A stretch of DNA of 64,000 nucleotides from a bacterium (GCA_965207065.1 OZ242260.1:896001-960000); one strand, 5' to 3'; positions 30,101 to 41,566 are shown, counted from the stretch's first letter. Numbers and translations are program-made. Notes: generated by a model not told the origin, from the sequence alone.

Positions 30101-31407
30101 GCGGGGAACACTGCACCTCTTCTTCGCTTAATTTCTCGTCTAACGGTTCATCCCCGCGTGGGCGGGGAACACCTGTTCCAGTGTTTCCTTTATCAACCAT
30201 AATCCGGTTCATCCCCGCGTGGGCGGGGAACACCTCTCCTCCTCTCCTAATCCCTACCCATTCCTCGGTTCATCCCCGCGTGGGCGGGGAACACATCCTC
30301 GATTTTGTTACGCCAGACTTTAATGTCGGTTCATCCCCGCGTGGGCGGGGAACACATCACGTATAGCCAAGGTACGTTTGAATGGAACCGGTTCATCCCC
30401 GCGTGGGCGGGGAACACGGTAATTACCGGTTTGATACGTTGGGACCATGTATTGCATCGGTTCATCCCCGCGTGGGCGGGGAACACTTCGTTTCCTCGAG
30501 GCTGTGCTTGTTCGGTTCATCCCCGCGTGGGCGGGGAACACCTGTTCCCTTAATGCTCCGAAGGATATGTATCCGGTTCATCCCCGCGTGGGCGGGGAAC
30601 ACTCACCACAGCGTCATGGCGTTTGAATCCCGAAGCTTCGGTTCATCCCCGCGTGGGCGGGGAACACTCTCCTGGAATATTGCAGTTTTAAGACCTCCGG
30701 TTCATCCCCGCGTGGGCGGGGAACACATGCCGGCGAGCAAGCTCGCCGGCATCGAGGCCGGTTCATCCCCGCGTGGGCGGGGAACACCCTGTACGGGGCA
30801 TGAGTGGACATTCTGATTTCGGTTCATCCCCGCGTGGGCGGGGAACACGCTTCTCACAACACCCAGAACCCGCCTTGTCTCGGTTCATCCCCGCGTGGGC
30901 GGGGAACACGGTGGTCGCCTTCGGCTCCCTTGGGTGGTCGCCGGTTCATCCCCGCGTGGGCGGGGAACACGCTCCCTTGGGTGGTCGCGCCTGCCGGCGC
31001 TCCGGTTCATCCCCGCGTGGGCGGGGAACACATTGCGCTGAATGAGTACAGTGTTGTTCATTCGGTTCATCCCCGCGTGGGCGGGGAACACTTTCATCAC
31101 ATATCCTCCTGCGGTTCATCCCCGCGTGGGCCACTCTTTCTGGCCGGCATCGCCGGCCCCTTTCGTCGGTTCATCCCCGCGTGGGCGGGGAACACCAAGG
31201 AGCCCGGCTGCTTCGCCCCGAAGGGTGCGGTTCATCCCCGCGTGGGCGGGGAACACGCATATACAACGTATCCGGCCAACGTACGGTTCATCCCCGCGTG
31301 GGCGGGGCTTTGTCGGTTCATCCCCGCGTGGGCGGGGAACACCTTGCCTGTTTCATAGATGGTTGACGTACTAGCAACCGGTTCATCCCCGCGTGGGCGG
31401 GGAACAC
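27155..31407 (-). CRISPR. Type I-E CRISPR array, 71 repeats / 70 spacers by my count
   Basis: 29-bp repeat GTGTTCCCCGCCCACGCGGGGATGAACCG (minus strand) with 61-bp period from 27155 to 30327, irregular thereafter. Two damaged repeats at 31112 and 31284. Confidence 0.98.
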
Positions 31408-31532
31408 TCTTCTTGGAACTCATTGATTCAAAATAGATATTCAGGAGGACTCGGAGTTACCGGCTTTTTCGGGGCTTTGCTTAAAGTTTCAATCATGGCG
31501 TAATACGGCTCCTTAATACATGTTCAGCCGTT
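31408..31532 (-). promoter_or_regulatory. CRISPR leader with IHF-like site
   Basis: AT-richer segment between cas2 and the first repeat. AATCAATGAGTTC (near WATCAANNNNTTR) lies 8 bp from the repeat; upstream motif AAAAGCCGGTAA. Confidence 0.75.
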
Positions 31533-32754
<1,222 letters not shown>

Positions 32755-32757
32755 GAT

Positions 32758-33483
32758 TCAGGCTCGGCGCACCAGCATCAGACCGCAGCCGTAGGCCTTG
32801 GAACGACCGAAACCTGTGAGCAATGCGCTGGTGAAAACCTCAGGCTCCCGGACGGACAAGAGGCCTTTGATATCCATCACGCCGAAGGTTACGTCACCAC
32901 CATTCCGACGTTTCAACTTGCAAACCCGGTAATCCTCGACCGCTAATGCATCAACCGAAAACCCCCGACGCTCTCCCTGAGCGGAGAGCCACTCCCGCGC
33001 CGTCTGATTGGCCACATCCATGCGCCGGGCGGAACGGGAATCGGCGCCCGTGCCCCTGCCGATGATCCCCTGCGTATGCATCGCGTGCATGACTATATCA
33101 ACACGGCGATCCTTGCGTGGCCTGCGTCTGGTTCCCGGAGTAACGTCGTCTTGCGGGCCGGAGCGCCGATCCCTGGTGGCGTTGGCCCGCAGGATGAACA
33201 TGAGCCGATCCTTAGCCGCCAATACCGGCGCGAAGGGCTTGGAATCAAGCGGTTCGAACAGGCGCGAGCCCTGTGGTTTGCGGGCCGAGAGAATCAAGAA
33301 CTTGCCTTTGGCGTCGGAGCGCCACAGGAAGTCGCGCTTCGCGTCGGGATCGGGGAACAACGTCCACATCAAGCGGCGATGGGCGTCGAACGCCGCGTCC
33401 CTATCGACCGGGTCGAGCAAGGGTCTGAGCGCATGTTCCGGCGCATTTCGATTGAGCACGGCACGAATCAGGTAATGCGTCAT
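32758..33483 (-). CDS. cas6e: Cas6e/Cse3
   Basis: HRRLMWTLF, LRANAT and C-terminal GFGRSKAYGCGL. Confidence 0.94.
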   Translation of the reverse strand: MTHYLIRAVLNRNAPEHALRPLLDPVDRDAAFDAHRRLMWTLFPDPDAKRDFLWRSDAKGKFLILSARKPQGSRLFEPLDSKPFAPVLAAKDRLMFILRANATRDRRSGPQDDVTPGTRRRPRKDRRVDIVMHAMHTQGIIGRGTGADSRSARRMDVANQTAREWLSAQGERRGFSVDALAVEDYRVCKLKRRNGGDVTFGVMDIKGLLSVREPEVFTSALLTGFGRSKAYGCGLMLVRRA

Positions 33484-34214
33484 GCCTGACCTCCATGTTC
33501 GCTCCCGTGGCCTCCTAGATGCCAGACGGTCCGATCTTCAAAGGACCAGGCTTGGCGATCGACCGGTTCGCTCGGCATCTGCTCTGTCGACGCCGGGCGC
33601 TCAAAGCCGTCGACAGGATCGGAATAGACGAGGTATCGCCCACGCTCTTGTTCGGACCACATTTCGGGGCGCAGCCATTCTGGAATTTCGATGCGAGCCA
33701 GCGCCTCGACCGGCCCCGCCGCCATTACCACGCCAGGGTTGAGGGGATTTGCCGGCGGGCATGACTTGCGACCGAGATAAAGGGGGAACTCCGGGCGCCG
33801 CAGGCGCTCTGCAAAAAGATCGAGCGGCCAGTGGCCATCGCCCCACAGCGTAACACCTACCAGCACGTCGCACCGGTAATCGCGAATGGTGATCATCGTA
33901 TTGACGTCGCGTCCGGCGCGTTCCAGCGCACGCCTTCGGGTCGGGGGCCGTTTGGCCTTCGCCGTCGGAACCGTTTGTACCGTGTGATAATCCCGAAGCG
34001 GCGCCGATTGTTGAAACGGCTGCACGGCTACGGAATACGCGCGAAGCGCCGCCTGACCTTCGGCGTCTGCCCGGTCGATACCCAGCGCCGCGCCGACCAT
34101 TCCCAGCACCGCTGAACGCATGGGGGCCGGCCCGCTACCCCGACGTTCGTGTCCCGCGTAGCCGCCGAATGAAGCCATGGGTCCGGATAGGAGAAACACC
34201 AGGTGCTCACGCAT
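33480..34214 (-). CDS. cas5e: Cas5e/CasD
   Basis: GPMASFG, LRDYHTVQ, LYLGRKSCP. Confidence 0.94.
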   Translation of the reverse strand: MREHLVFLLSGPMASFGGYAGHERRGSGPAPMRSAVLGMVGAALGIDRADAEGQAALRAYSVAVQPFQQSAPLRDYHTVQTVPTAKAKRPPTRRRALERAGRDVNTMITIRDYRCDVLVGVTLWGDGHWPLDLFAERLRRPEFPLYLGRKSCPPANPLNPGVVMAAGPVEALARIEIPEWLRPEMWSEQERGRYLVYSDPVDGFERPASTEQMPSEPVDRQAWSFEDRTVWHLGGHGSEHGGQA

Positions 34215-35268
34215 CGCTCACCTTCGCGGCCACGAAGGCCTTGATTTCGGCCAGGGTGCCGGACCCGCTTAGCAGATCCATCTCCGTCGACTCATCAACC
34301 GTGGCGCCGTAGGCCTTGTCGATGGCGTCCGCCGTCTTCTTGAGCCGGTTGATGGATTCGCCGAGAAGGTCCTCCGCATTGACGGGGTTCAGGAACGCTG
34401 CCGCGAGACTTCGCGGTTGCTGGTTTCCGGCTTCCGCGCGAATGTACGAGGCGCGGGTGTGATGACTATAGCTGTTGCGCTTGCCGGACGGACTGGCGGT
34501 GGCGAACGCTTCACTGACCGCCTCAAGCGCTTTTCTCGCCAGCGCTCGATCGCCCGCGAGATTCTCCACCAGCCGGACGGTATCGATGCAGACGTAGAGA
34601 TAGTATACGCCGGACCCGAACCCGGCCTCGCCGACGAACCCCGCGCCCACGTCCTCGGCCGGTTTCTTCAGGTCGTCTGCGGCCGTATAGTAGTCGTCCT
34701 CGACCTCGGCCCGATGAGTGGTGATGGCGTGTGAGACCTGCACCGCCGCTTCACGGTTGAAATCCGGCGCATCGGCCAGCATGCGTCCGAACATGGCGAT
34801 GTCGACCGCCCCGTCGGCGGTGCGGAGGATTTTTTCTTCCTTGTCGAGAGACTCTCCGGCCAGGGCACGCTCGGCCATCTTCATGGCTGCCTGCCGTTCG
34901 TCGGGCGAGATGAACGCCAACTGCCTGATGCGGACATGGTCTGGATTCTTCTCCGATGCAGCTGTGTCGAACTTGCCGAATATCTGGGCTACCTCTTGGG
35001 CGATTTCGCGGGCCTTCTCGTCATCCGCTCCCCGTTCGCGCAGATGTTCTATCACCGCGTCGCCGAGACGCTGGGTGCGCTCTCCCATATTGTCTTTCAA
35101 AGCCTCGGACATGGCGGACGAGAGGCGGGCCGATCGCTTCAAGGACTGCGACGACAGCCGGAGCCGATGAACGCCCCCGTAGATTGCCGTCTTCGGGCGG
35201 CCCATGTCGTCTCGGTTGGGGTTCGAGGGCGGATATACCGTCAGAAAGTGAAGTTGCACGAAGCGCAT
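34207..35268 (-). CDS. cas7e: Cas7/Cse4/CasC
   Basis: MRFVQLH...NPNRDDMGRPKT, SSQSLKR, DIAMFGRMLA, DYYTAADD. Confidence 0.95.
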   Translation of the reverse strand: MRFVQLHFLTVYPPSNPNRDDMGRPKTAIYGGVHRLRLSSQSLKRSARLSSAMSEALKDNMGERTQRLGDAVIEHLRERGADDEKAREIAQEVAQIFGKFDTAASEKNPDHVRIRQLAFISPDERQAAMKMAERALAGESLDKEEKILRTADGAVDIAMFGRMLADAPDFNREAAVQVSHAITTHRAEVEDDYYTAADDLKKPAEDVGAGFVGEAGFGSGVYYLYVCIDTVRLVENLAGDRALARKALEAVSEAFATASPSGKRNSYSHHTRASYIRAEAGNQQPRSLAAAFLNPVNAEDLLGESINRLKKTADAIDKAYGATVDESTEMDLLSGSGTLAEIKAFVAAKVSDA

Positions 35269-35780
35269 TATGTCACAGTCTCCTCTTGGTTGATTTCGGC
35301 GTACTCGGCGCCGAAGTATTGAAAACACCATCGGTTGCGGACCCCGCCGTTCCAGTAGTAGAGATCTTCAGCCAGCGCGTGTCCGTTACAGGCGGGATTG
35401 GCGCCCAGAACAGAGAGGGAACGACGAAGCGGCGTCATCAAATCGCGTCGCGAGCGAATGCGGATCAGCGACTGGAACCGCAGTTCGCTGAGCGTGCGCG
35501 GCCCATCCTTCATCGTCTGTCTGCCGAGCAGGACCGCCAACCTCTCGTCGTCGACGCCCGCGAGCCGGGCAAAGACCGTGGCGAGAAGCGCAAGTTGATC
35601 ACTCGTCGGGTTTTGCTCAAGCCTTTTCAGCCTCGCGTTGAGGTCGTGTGTTTCTGCGACCGCAAGCGCTTCAGCCGGCGATTCACAGCGTCTCAGCTGC
35701 GCGCGCGCGGCCCGCGCCTGACCATCGTCACGGCCCAGCGTAGAGCGCCACCATTCGATAACGATCCGACCGACACTCAT
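35268..35780 (-). CDS. casB: Cse2/CasB (Cas11)
   Basis: Operon position; RAQLRRC, LSELRFQSL, W..QYF. Confidence 0.9.
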   Translation of the reverse strand: MSVGRIVIEWWRSTLGRDDGQARAARAQLRRCESPAEALAVAETHDLNARLKRLEQNPTSDQLALLATVFARLAGVDDERLAVLLGRQTMKDGPRTLSELRFQSLIRIRSRRDLMTPLRRSLSVLGANPACNGHALAEDLYYWNGGVRNRWCFQYFGAEYAEINQEETVT

Positions 35781-37288
35781 GCCTGTTTTTCCTTCTTCTT
35801 CTTGGCGGGAACGGGCAGGTCCAGCAGTTTGCGAACCTGTTTTGCCAGCATACCCAACAACTTGCTTCGGGCGATGACGCGAGCTTCGATACCTTTGATG
35901 TCGTGGTCAATCAGACCACCAAGGGCGCGCTCGTCGAACATGCGAACCGCCTGCTTTCTGAGGGTTCGATGCCATGCCTCCTCGACTTCGGTACCTGCGC
36001 TATCGATGATCCTTCGAACCGCCGCTATGAATTCCCCTTCGGTTTCGGCAAAGAAGGTCTCAATGACTGCGTCGGCGAATTTGCCGTCGAATTGGCAGGC
36101 GGTCCTGAGTGCCTTTCGAAGGGCGCTCGTAGCGGCGTTCGCTGCCTCCACCAACTGGCGAACCCGATCTACTTCGTCCTCGCCCAGACCCGGAAACGCA
36201 GGGTATTGGTCGAGCGAAAAATCGAGGGGCTTCATGTTGTCCATCGCCCAGCCGCCGACCACGAGTTCGAAGTCCGGCCCTCGAAAACGGCTGCGGCACT
36301 CACGGACGGCTCTGGCGGTGCGCCGGGTCGCTTTCCCATCACCAGCTGGTTCCATCGTGAGCCCTAGCCAGTTCCGGTAACTGAGACGCCCGGCCCTGGG
36401 GTGTACCGGCAGCCATTCGGGGTCGTCTTCCTTCTTTCGGTAGTATGGCGTCAGTGGGTGTTCCCATGCTGCGTAGTTTGTCCCGTGGATCTTTTGGACC
36501 ACGCCTATCACCCGCTCTTCCTTGAATACCAACCGCAACCGCCGAGGCATTCCAAAGAACGTCTCCAGTGAATGCGTTCCTTCCTGGGTCACGATTTGGT
36601 CGTTCTCTGATGTCCGCGTTGGACGGAGCCAGGGTAGCGCGGCTTCCGCATCCTTCGCCGCAAGAGGTGCTCCGGGCAGGACGTTGGCGAAGACCTGCCG
36701 CCATAACGAGAATCGTTCGCCTTTCTCGTCAAGGGGCCGAACTAGCGTCACCATAGGTCCGCCGCCACGCATGGAAGTCCGGTTGCCCGCACCACCGGCT
36801 GGCGCGAACGCCTGGAGCGTGTAGAGCGCCATAGCGGCCTCTGCCGGCGAGAGAGTCAGGAACCGGTCACGCTTGACCATGAGATCGGCGTTCTTGGAAG
36901 TGGTCGAGCCGCCGGCCGAATCTATGTACAGCCTATCCACCGGCTTGATGTCGGAAGGTTTCGCCACCAGCTCGAAAGCTTCCATATCCTGAAGAAAGCG
37001 CGGTCCATCTACGTCAAGCGCAAAGCAGGGAGCGAAAGGAATCAGCGCTTCGCGGAGTCGCTCGGCGTCGGGTCGGCCGAGGCGGGAGAGCCAGTCGGCT
37101 TCGTCTTTCGGCGGGTCCGCCATCGAGACCAGCCCGATCAGGAGTTCGAGACATGCGAGGTTGAAATCCGCTCTCTGCCAGGCAAGGGCGCCGACACCGG
37201 GCTCGGCAATCTGATCGGGGCGAATGACGACATGCTCCCCATCCCGGAGGGAGGGAATCCATGGATCCGTAATGATGTTCAACGACAT
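35777..37288 (-). CDS. casA: Cse1/CasA (Cas8e)
   Basis: NIITDPWIP, RFLQD, QAFAPAGGAGNRTSMRGGGP, FFGMPRR, HPLTPY. Confidence 0.93.
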   Translation of the reverse strand: MSLNIITDPWIPSLRDGEHVVIRPDQIAEPGVGALAWQRADFNLACLELLIGLVSMADPPKDEADWLSRLGRPDAERLREALIPFAPCFALDVDGPRFLQDMEAFELVAKPSDIKPVDRLYIDSAGGSTTSKNADLMVKRDRFLTLSPAEAAMALYTLQAFAPAGGAGNRTSMRGGGPMVTLVRPLDEKGERFSLWRQVFANVLPGAPLAAKDAEAALPWLRPTRTSENDQIVTQEGTHSLETFFGMPRRLRLVFKEERVIGVVQKIHGTNYAAWEHPLTPYYRKKEDDPEWLPVHPRAGRLSYRNWLGLTMEPAGDGKATRRTARAVRECRSRFRGPDFELVVGGWAMDNMKPLDFSLDQYPAFPGLGEDEVDRVRQLVEAANAATSALRKALRTACQFDGKFADAVIETFFAETEGEFIAAVRRIIDSAGTEVEEAWHRTLRKQAVRMFDERALGGLIDHDIKGIEARVIARSKLLGMLAKQVRKLLDLPVPAKKKKEKQA

Positions 37289-37372
37289 CGGGGCGCTCCG
37301 GGCACGATAGCTGTAAGAATGCTGTAGGTTGACTCGTAACGTGCAAATTCGTGAAAAAGCGGAAAAGCTTTG

Positions 37373-39904
37373 TCAGGATGAATTGCAGGTAGCACGTATT
37401 CTGAGTCCTCGACCAAGGTCGTATAACATCCCTTCGCCGATTCTGCCGGATTTGTCAACCGGGCAGACATGGCAGACCTCGCGCCGCCATTCGGGCCAAT
37501 CTTTCTTGACGGCGCGTATTTCCGGCGCTTCCTGAGCAGGCAACAGGCGCTCGAATCGCTTGCGCGCGGCGGACACCTCCGACAAGGCCCAGGCCACAGC
37601 CTGATAATCATCTCCAGCCCACGGGATCAAACGGTTTCCCTCGCTTCGCGCCAGCGTCATCGTCACTTGAAGCTCCCCGAGACGCGTCGGAAACAACGCG
37701 TCATTTCCGACCGATCCGCGGGTTCCGGTGAGATAGCCGGCCGCTCCTTCCACCACGTTGACCTGCGCCAGTCCCGTCTCGGCCATCACTTCGCCATCGG
37801 CCCTTAGTTGAGCCTCCTCGAGTAACTTGGGGACCTGCAATTCCTCCTCCCCGTGTACGGCCTCGATCAATGTGCGAAGTCCCCTGGGCGCGACGATCTC
37901 GCCCGCCTCGAATAGGGCCTTCGCCGTCCGCCACTGGTGGTCGAGACGATAAACCCAAGCCCCCCGGTCGAGCGCGTCGTGAAGCCAGTCGTCTCCCTCC
38001 ACCTTCTCCGGATCCGGTGAAACTACGTGCAAAGTAGGGCCGGGAAGCGGGCGAGCGGTCTCGGGACGCACATCCATATGCCGCCAAAGCCTGCCCGCTC
38101 TTTGGATCAGCGAGCCAATCGGCGCGAGATCAGAGACCATCACGTCGAAGTCGAGGTCGAGCGACGCCTCGACCACCTGCGTGGCGACCAGTACCCGACC
38201 TGCGCGTCCGGACCCGTTCTTTCCGAATCGACTCAGCAGCGCTTCTTCGTGGCGCAGCCGGTCGACCATCGCGAAACGGGCATGGAGCAGGTCTACATTC
38301 ACACCCCGCCGCTTCAACGCCTCGGCCGCCTCGATGGCGTCATCAACGGCGTTACGGACCCATACGCATGCCGCCCCCCTTTCAGCCGCCTCCTGTAGCA
38401 GGTCCATTGCATCATCTGCTCCCGGAAGCCGGACGACCGCGACGTTCCGAACACTCTCGGCCAGGGGCTCGACGACTCGGCTGGACAACCCGTGACCGAC
38501 GAGATGTAAGCCGGGATAGTCCATTGTAGAGAGGTCTGCCGCTTCCGCCTCCATTCCTTCCTGGAACGCATCGACGTACGCCCTTCGCATCGTCAGCGGC
38601 AGGGTCGCGGTCATCAGGATGGCCGAGCCGCCGAGTCGGGCCTGCATTCTTAGCAAAGTCTCCAATTGCTTTTGCATGTAAGGATCGTAGCTGTGGGCTT
38701 CATCGACGATGAGCACCTTGTCCGCCAGTCCGAACAACCTGAGCGTCGAGAAGCGGGTGGGGAGGATGCCGAGTAGCGCCTGATCCACCGTCCCGACTCC
38801 CACTGTCGCCAGCAACGACCGTCGGCGGTTGTCCGTAAGCCAGGCGGCGCCATCGGCTTCCGGAGTGCTATCGTGACTTGCTCCGCTTAAGCCCCGAACG
38901 GCTTCGCTCAACCTAGCCCGGCTGTGCGTCAGCACCACCGACGGCGAAGACTCGAACAACTCCGGCGTGATCCTAATCATGCGCTCGAACATGGCATTGG
39001 AAGTAGCCATCGTAGGGAGCGCAAAAAACAACCCGCGCGCCTTCCCCGCTGCCATCATGCGATGCGCCAGAATCAGAGCCGCTTCGGTCTTTCCGGTGCC
39101 GGTCGCATCTTCGAGAACGGCCAGTTGAGGTCCTTCCTCCAGTTCAATCTCTAGTGCCGCCTGTTGCATCGGCCGCAACTCGCTCAATCCGACAAGCGCA
39201 CCCTCGTTGCTCGACGCCGGGCAGGAAGGGTCAAGACCCGCTGCAGCAACCGCACGAACGGCTCGGCGGCGCGATTCTGCATGCTCAGCTTTAATATCGC
39301 CAACACCCGGCTCGACCGGGAACCAGCCGGTATTCGAACCCACCCAGTCGGCGGCAACTGTGAGGCCACTCAACGCCCAACCGAGCGCCTTGGCGTCATC
39401 GACCGTCATGCCTTCCAGCGACGCATCCGGGAACAACTCCATCAGTCGAGAGTTCCATTCCAACGCCGCCTCTTTGCCCTTGCCGACGGCGCGCTTCCGC
39501 TTGCGTCTCTCGTGTCGGCTGCCACCCGCCCGCGTCGGCGGTTGTCCGTGATGTCCGGCCACGGCAGCATACAACTCGGCGCGCACCCATTCATCGGCGC
39601 CGAGTCTGTTCAGGGTCTCATCCAGAACTCCGCAGAGCAAGAAATCCGAGAGTTGCCAATGAAGCGGCGCTCCCAGCTCTCCGTCCCGAATGAGGGCCCG
39701 GAAACTCTCGGACAGCTTGCCGACGTCGTGGAGTGTGATCAGTACCACCAGCGCGCGGCGCTGAGCCTCGGTGAGTCCGCGGAACGCCACGTGCCCGTCG
39801 ATCAGTAGTTCGGCGCACGCAGCCACGTCCAGCATGTGCAGGACCGCCGGGCGCTCGTTGCCTTGGTTGTCCGACTTGCCCGGCCAATCGAATATGGAGT
39901 CCAT
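37373..39904 (-). CDS. cas3: Cas3 nuclease-helicase
   Basis: HMLDVA, HDVGK, HHG, ADW, TGTGKTE, DEAH, QVVEASLDLD, QRAGRLWRH; intact frame. Confidence 0.96.
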   Translation of the reverse strand: MDSIFDWPGKSDNQGNERPAVLHMLDVAACAELLIDGHVAFRGLTEAQRRALVVLITLHDVGKLSESFRALIRDGELGAPLHWQLSDFLLCGVLDETLNRLGADEWVRAELYAAVAGHHGQPPTRAGGSRHERRKRKRAVGKGKEAALEWNSRLMELFPDASLEGMTVDDAKALGWALSGLTVAADWVGSNTGWFPVEPGVGDIKAEHAESRRRAVRAVAAAGLDPSCPASSNEGALVGLSELRPMQQAALEIELEEGPQLAVLEDATGTGKTEAALILAHRMMAAGKARGLFFALPTMATSNAMFERMIRITPELFESSPSVVLTHSRARLSEAVRGLSGASHDSTPEADGAAWLTDNRRRSLLATVGVGTVDQALLGILPTRFSTLRLFGLADKVLIVDEAHSYDPYMQKQLETLLRMQARLGGSAILMTATLPLTMRRAYVDAFQEGMEAEAADLSTMDYPGLHLVGHGLSSRVVEPLAESVRNVAVVRLPGADDAMDLLQEAAERGAACVWVRNAVDDAIEAAEALKRRGVNVDLLHARFAMVDRLRHEEALLSRFGKNGSGRAGRVLVATQVVEASLDLDFDVMVSDLAPIGSLIQRAGRLWRHMDVRPETARPLPGPTLHVVSPDPEKVEGDDWLHDALDRGAWVYRLDHQWRTAKALFEAGEIVAPRGLRTLIEAVHGEEELQVPKLLEEAQLRADGEVMAETGLAQVNVVEGAAGYLTGTRGSVGNDALFPTRLGELQVTMTLARSEGNRLIPWAGDDYQAVAWALSEVSAARKRFERLLPAQEAPEIRAVKKDWPEWRREVCHVCPVDKSGRIGEGMLYDLGRGLRIRATCNSS

Positions 39905-40093
39905 CTGTTATCCCCATTGGATGAAAGATATCCTGTGTCCCAGATATTAGCAGGGCAGAGCAATGAAACAATCTGCACGGTTGTCATTGCGTCGCCTTTG
40001 TCCTTGATGCGATAAATCTGCAAATAAGGCTTATTGGCGAAGTTCGCGCATTATAAATATTTTCGGGCTGGAATCTGAAGGAGAAACCCAGCA

Positions 40094-40711
40094 ATGTTGT
40101 TTTCAGGATTTGACGAGGCGGTAGTGGTCGATCTTGAAACCACGGGCCTTGATCCGCAACGCGACAGGGTGGTTTCCATAGCCATGATACGCTCACGCTT
40201 CGCTGATTTGAAAAGAAATTCAGACATGCTGGAAGCGAAAACCATGCATGCCTTGGTTCACCCACAGCGGCGCATTCCTACCGAAGCCTCGCGGGTGAAT
40301 GGAATAACCGATGAGGATGTAACGGATAAGCCGCCTTTTGCCGAAATCGCCAAGCTTCTTCGGGATTTCATTGGTGAATATCCGATCATTGCCCATAATG
40401 TATCCTTCGACAGGAAATTTTTGAACGCCGAATTCAGGAGGGCCGGCGTAATAACTTTGGCTCGCAACAGGAGTTTCTGTACGATGCGGAAATTTCAGGA
40501 ACTCAATCCTGGACGGAGAAAGAGTCTTGATGACGTAGCCAACTCGATGGGGGTCAAGGGGAGAGCCGGCCCCAAGCATGGCGCTATCGAGGATACACGG
40601 ATTACGTGGGAGATTGCAGCCCGATTCTACATGATGGATCATGGGTTGAATGCGACCATTACCGGCTGGAGTCCTACTTCCGGGGCAGATTTCCCTTTCC
40701 AGGATCAATAA
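40094..40711 (+). CDS. DEDDh 3'-5' exonuclease (DnaQ-like)
   Basis: VDLETTG, AHNVSFD, HGAIED (ExoI/II/III motifs); RBS AAGGAG. Confidence 0.9.
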   Translation: MLFSGFDEAVVVDLETTGLDPQRDRVVSIAMIRSRFADLKRNSDMLEAKTMHALVHPQRRIPTEASRVNGITDEDVTDKPPFAEIAKLLRDFIGEYPIIAHNVSFDRKFLNAEFRRAGVITLARNRSFCTMRKFQELNPGRRKSLDDVANSMGVKGRAGPKHGAIEDTRITWEIAARFYMMDHGLNATITGWSPTSGADFPFQDQ

Positions 40712-41092
40712 TGTGAAGCTTCTCTCTCCCGATTGTAAACGTTCACTTAAGCCGTGATAGCAATACCCCAGCAGCGGTAGTTCGAAGTCAGTCCGTACTT
40801 AACTAGTCAGCGCTAATGCTTTCGGCACCATCTAATTCAGCAAAATATCCAAGCACTTGCGGTCCATGGTGAAGCCCACTTCGTCACGGCTTCGATAAAC
40901 GTTTACTCCCGATTACCGACGCAGACCCGCCAGGCTACGCAGGAGTTGTAATTCGCCCGCATCCGATTTGATTACGTATCGCAAATAACCGAATCTCGGC
41001 TGAAACTCAAAAAAACCAATACCCACAATATTTTCAACAAACTACAAAGACTTCACGCCCGCTGAAAACCCCCCGCTGTCTGTAAACGGGCG

Positions 41093-41445
41093 AAAGCCGC
41101 CGACTGCATGGCGAGAGACTAGGAGGAGTTGCTCGCCATCTATGATTTCCCAGCGGCGAACTGACAGAGCCTGCGGACTACGAATTCCATGGAGTCGACC
41201 TTCGCTGCGATACGGCTGCGAACGGCAAAGATGAGAAACTACCTAAGCGCGAAGACGTCACTGTGCCTCGTGTATCAACTCGCCATGAGCATCCAGAAGC
41301 GATGGCGCCACCTAAGCGACTTCTCTGTCAGCTTGCCTGCTTGCTAGCCGATGTGAAGTACATCAATTGGGTGGACGAAAGAGAAACGGGCAGGAGGGCC
41401 GCCGCTCTATTCACGACGCTCGCACACCGGATTTGACAATAGCTC
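41093..41445 (+). pseudogene. Degenerate IS256-family transposase 3' remnant with right end
   Basis: KAADCMARD*EELLAIYDFPAAN*QSLRTTNSMESTFAAIRLRT; end ACACCGGATTTGACAATAGCTC. Confidence 0.75.
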
Positions 41446-41566
41446 TAATGTTGTATTTTGCTAGATTGATAAATGTGGAACCAAGATCTTCCAGGTTATC
41501 TCAAAACAACACTTATATTTTCGAAAGCTTAAAGTTTTTTGACAATGTCTAACGAGGGAGAAAAAA

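Noticed and set aside
27184-31378. Self-targeting spacers within the window
   Set aside because: None noticed, but an exhaustive match cannot be done by eye.
27155-31423. Many ORFs with RFIPAWAGNT / VHPRVGGEH / GSSPRGRGT repeats
   Set aside because: Translations of the CRISPR repeat, not genes.
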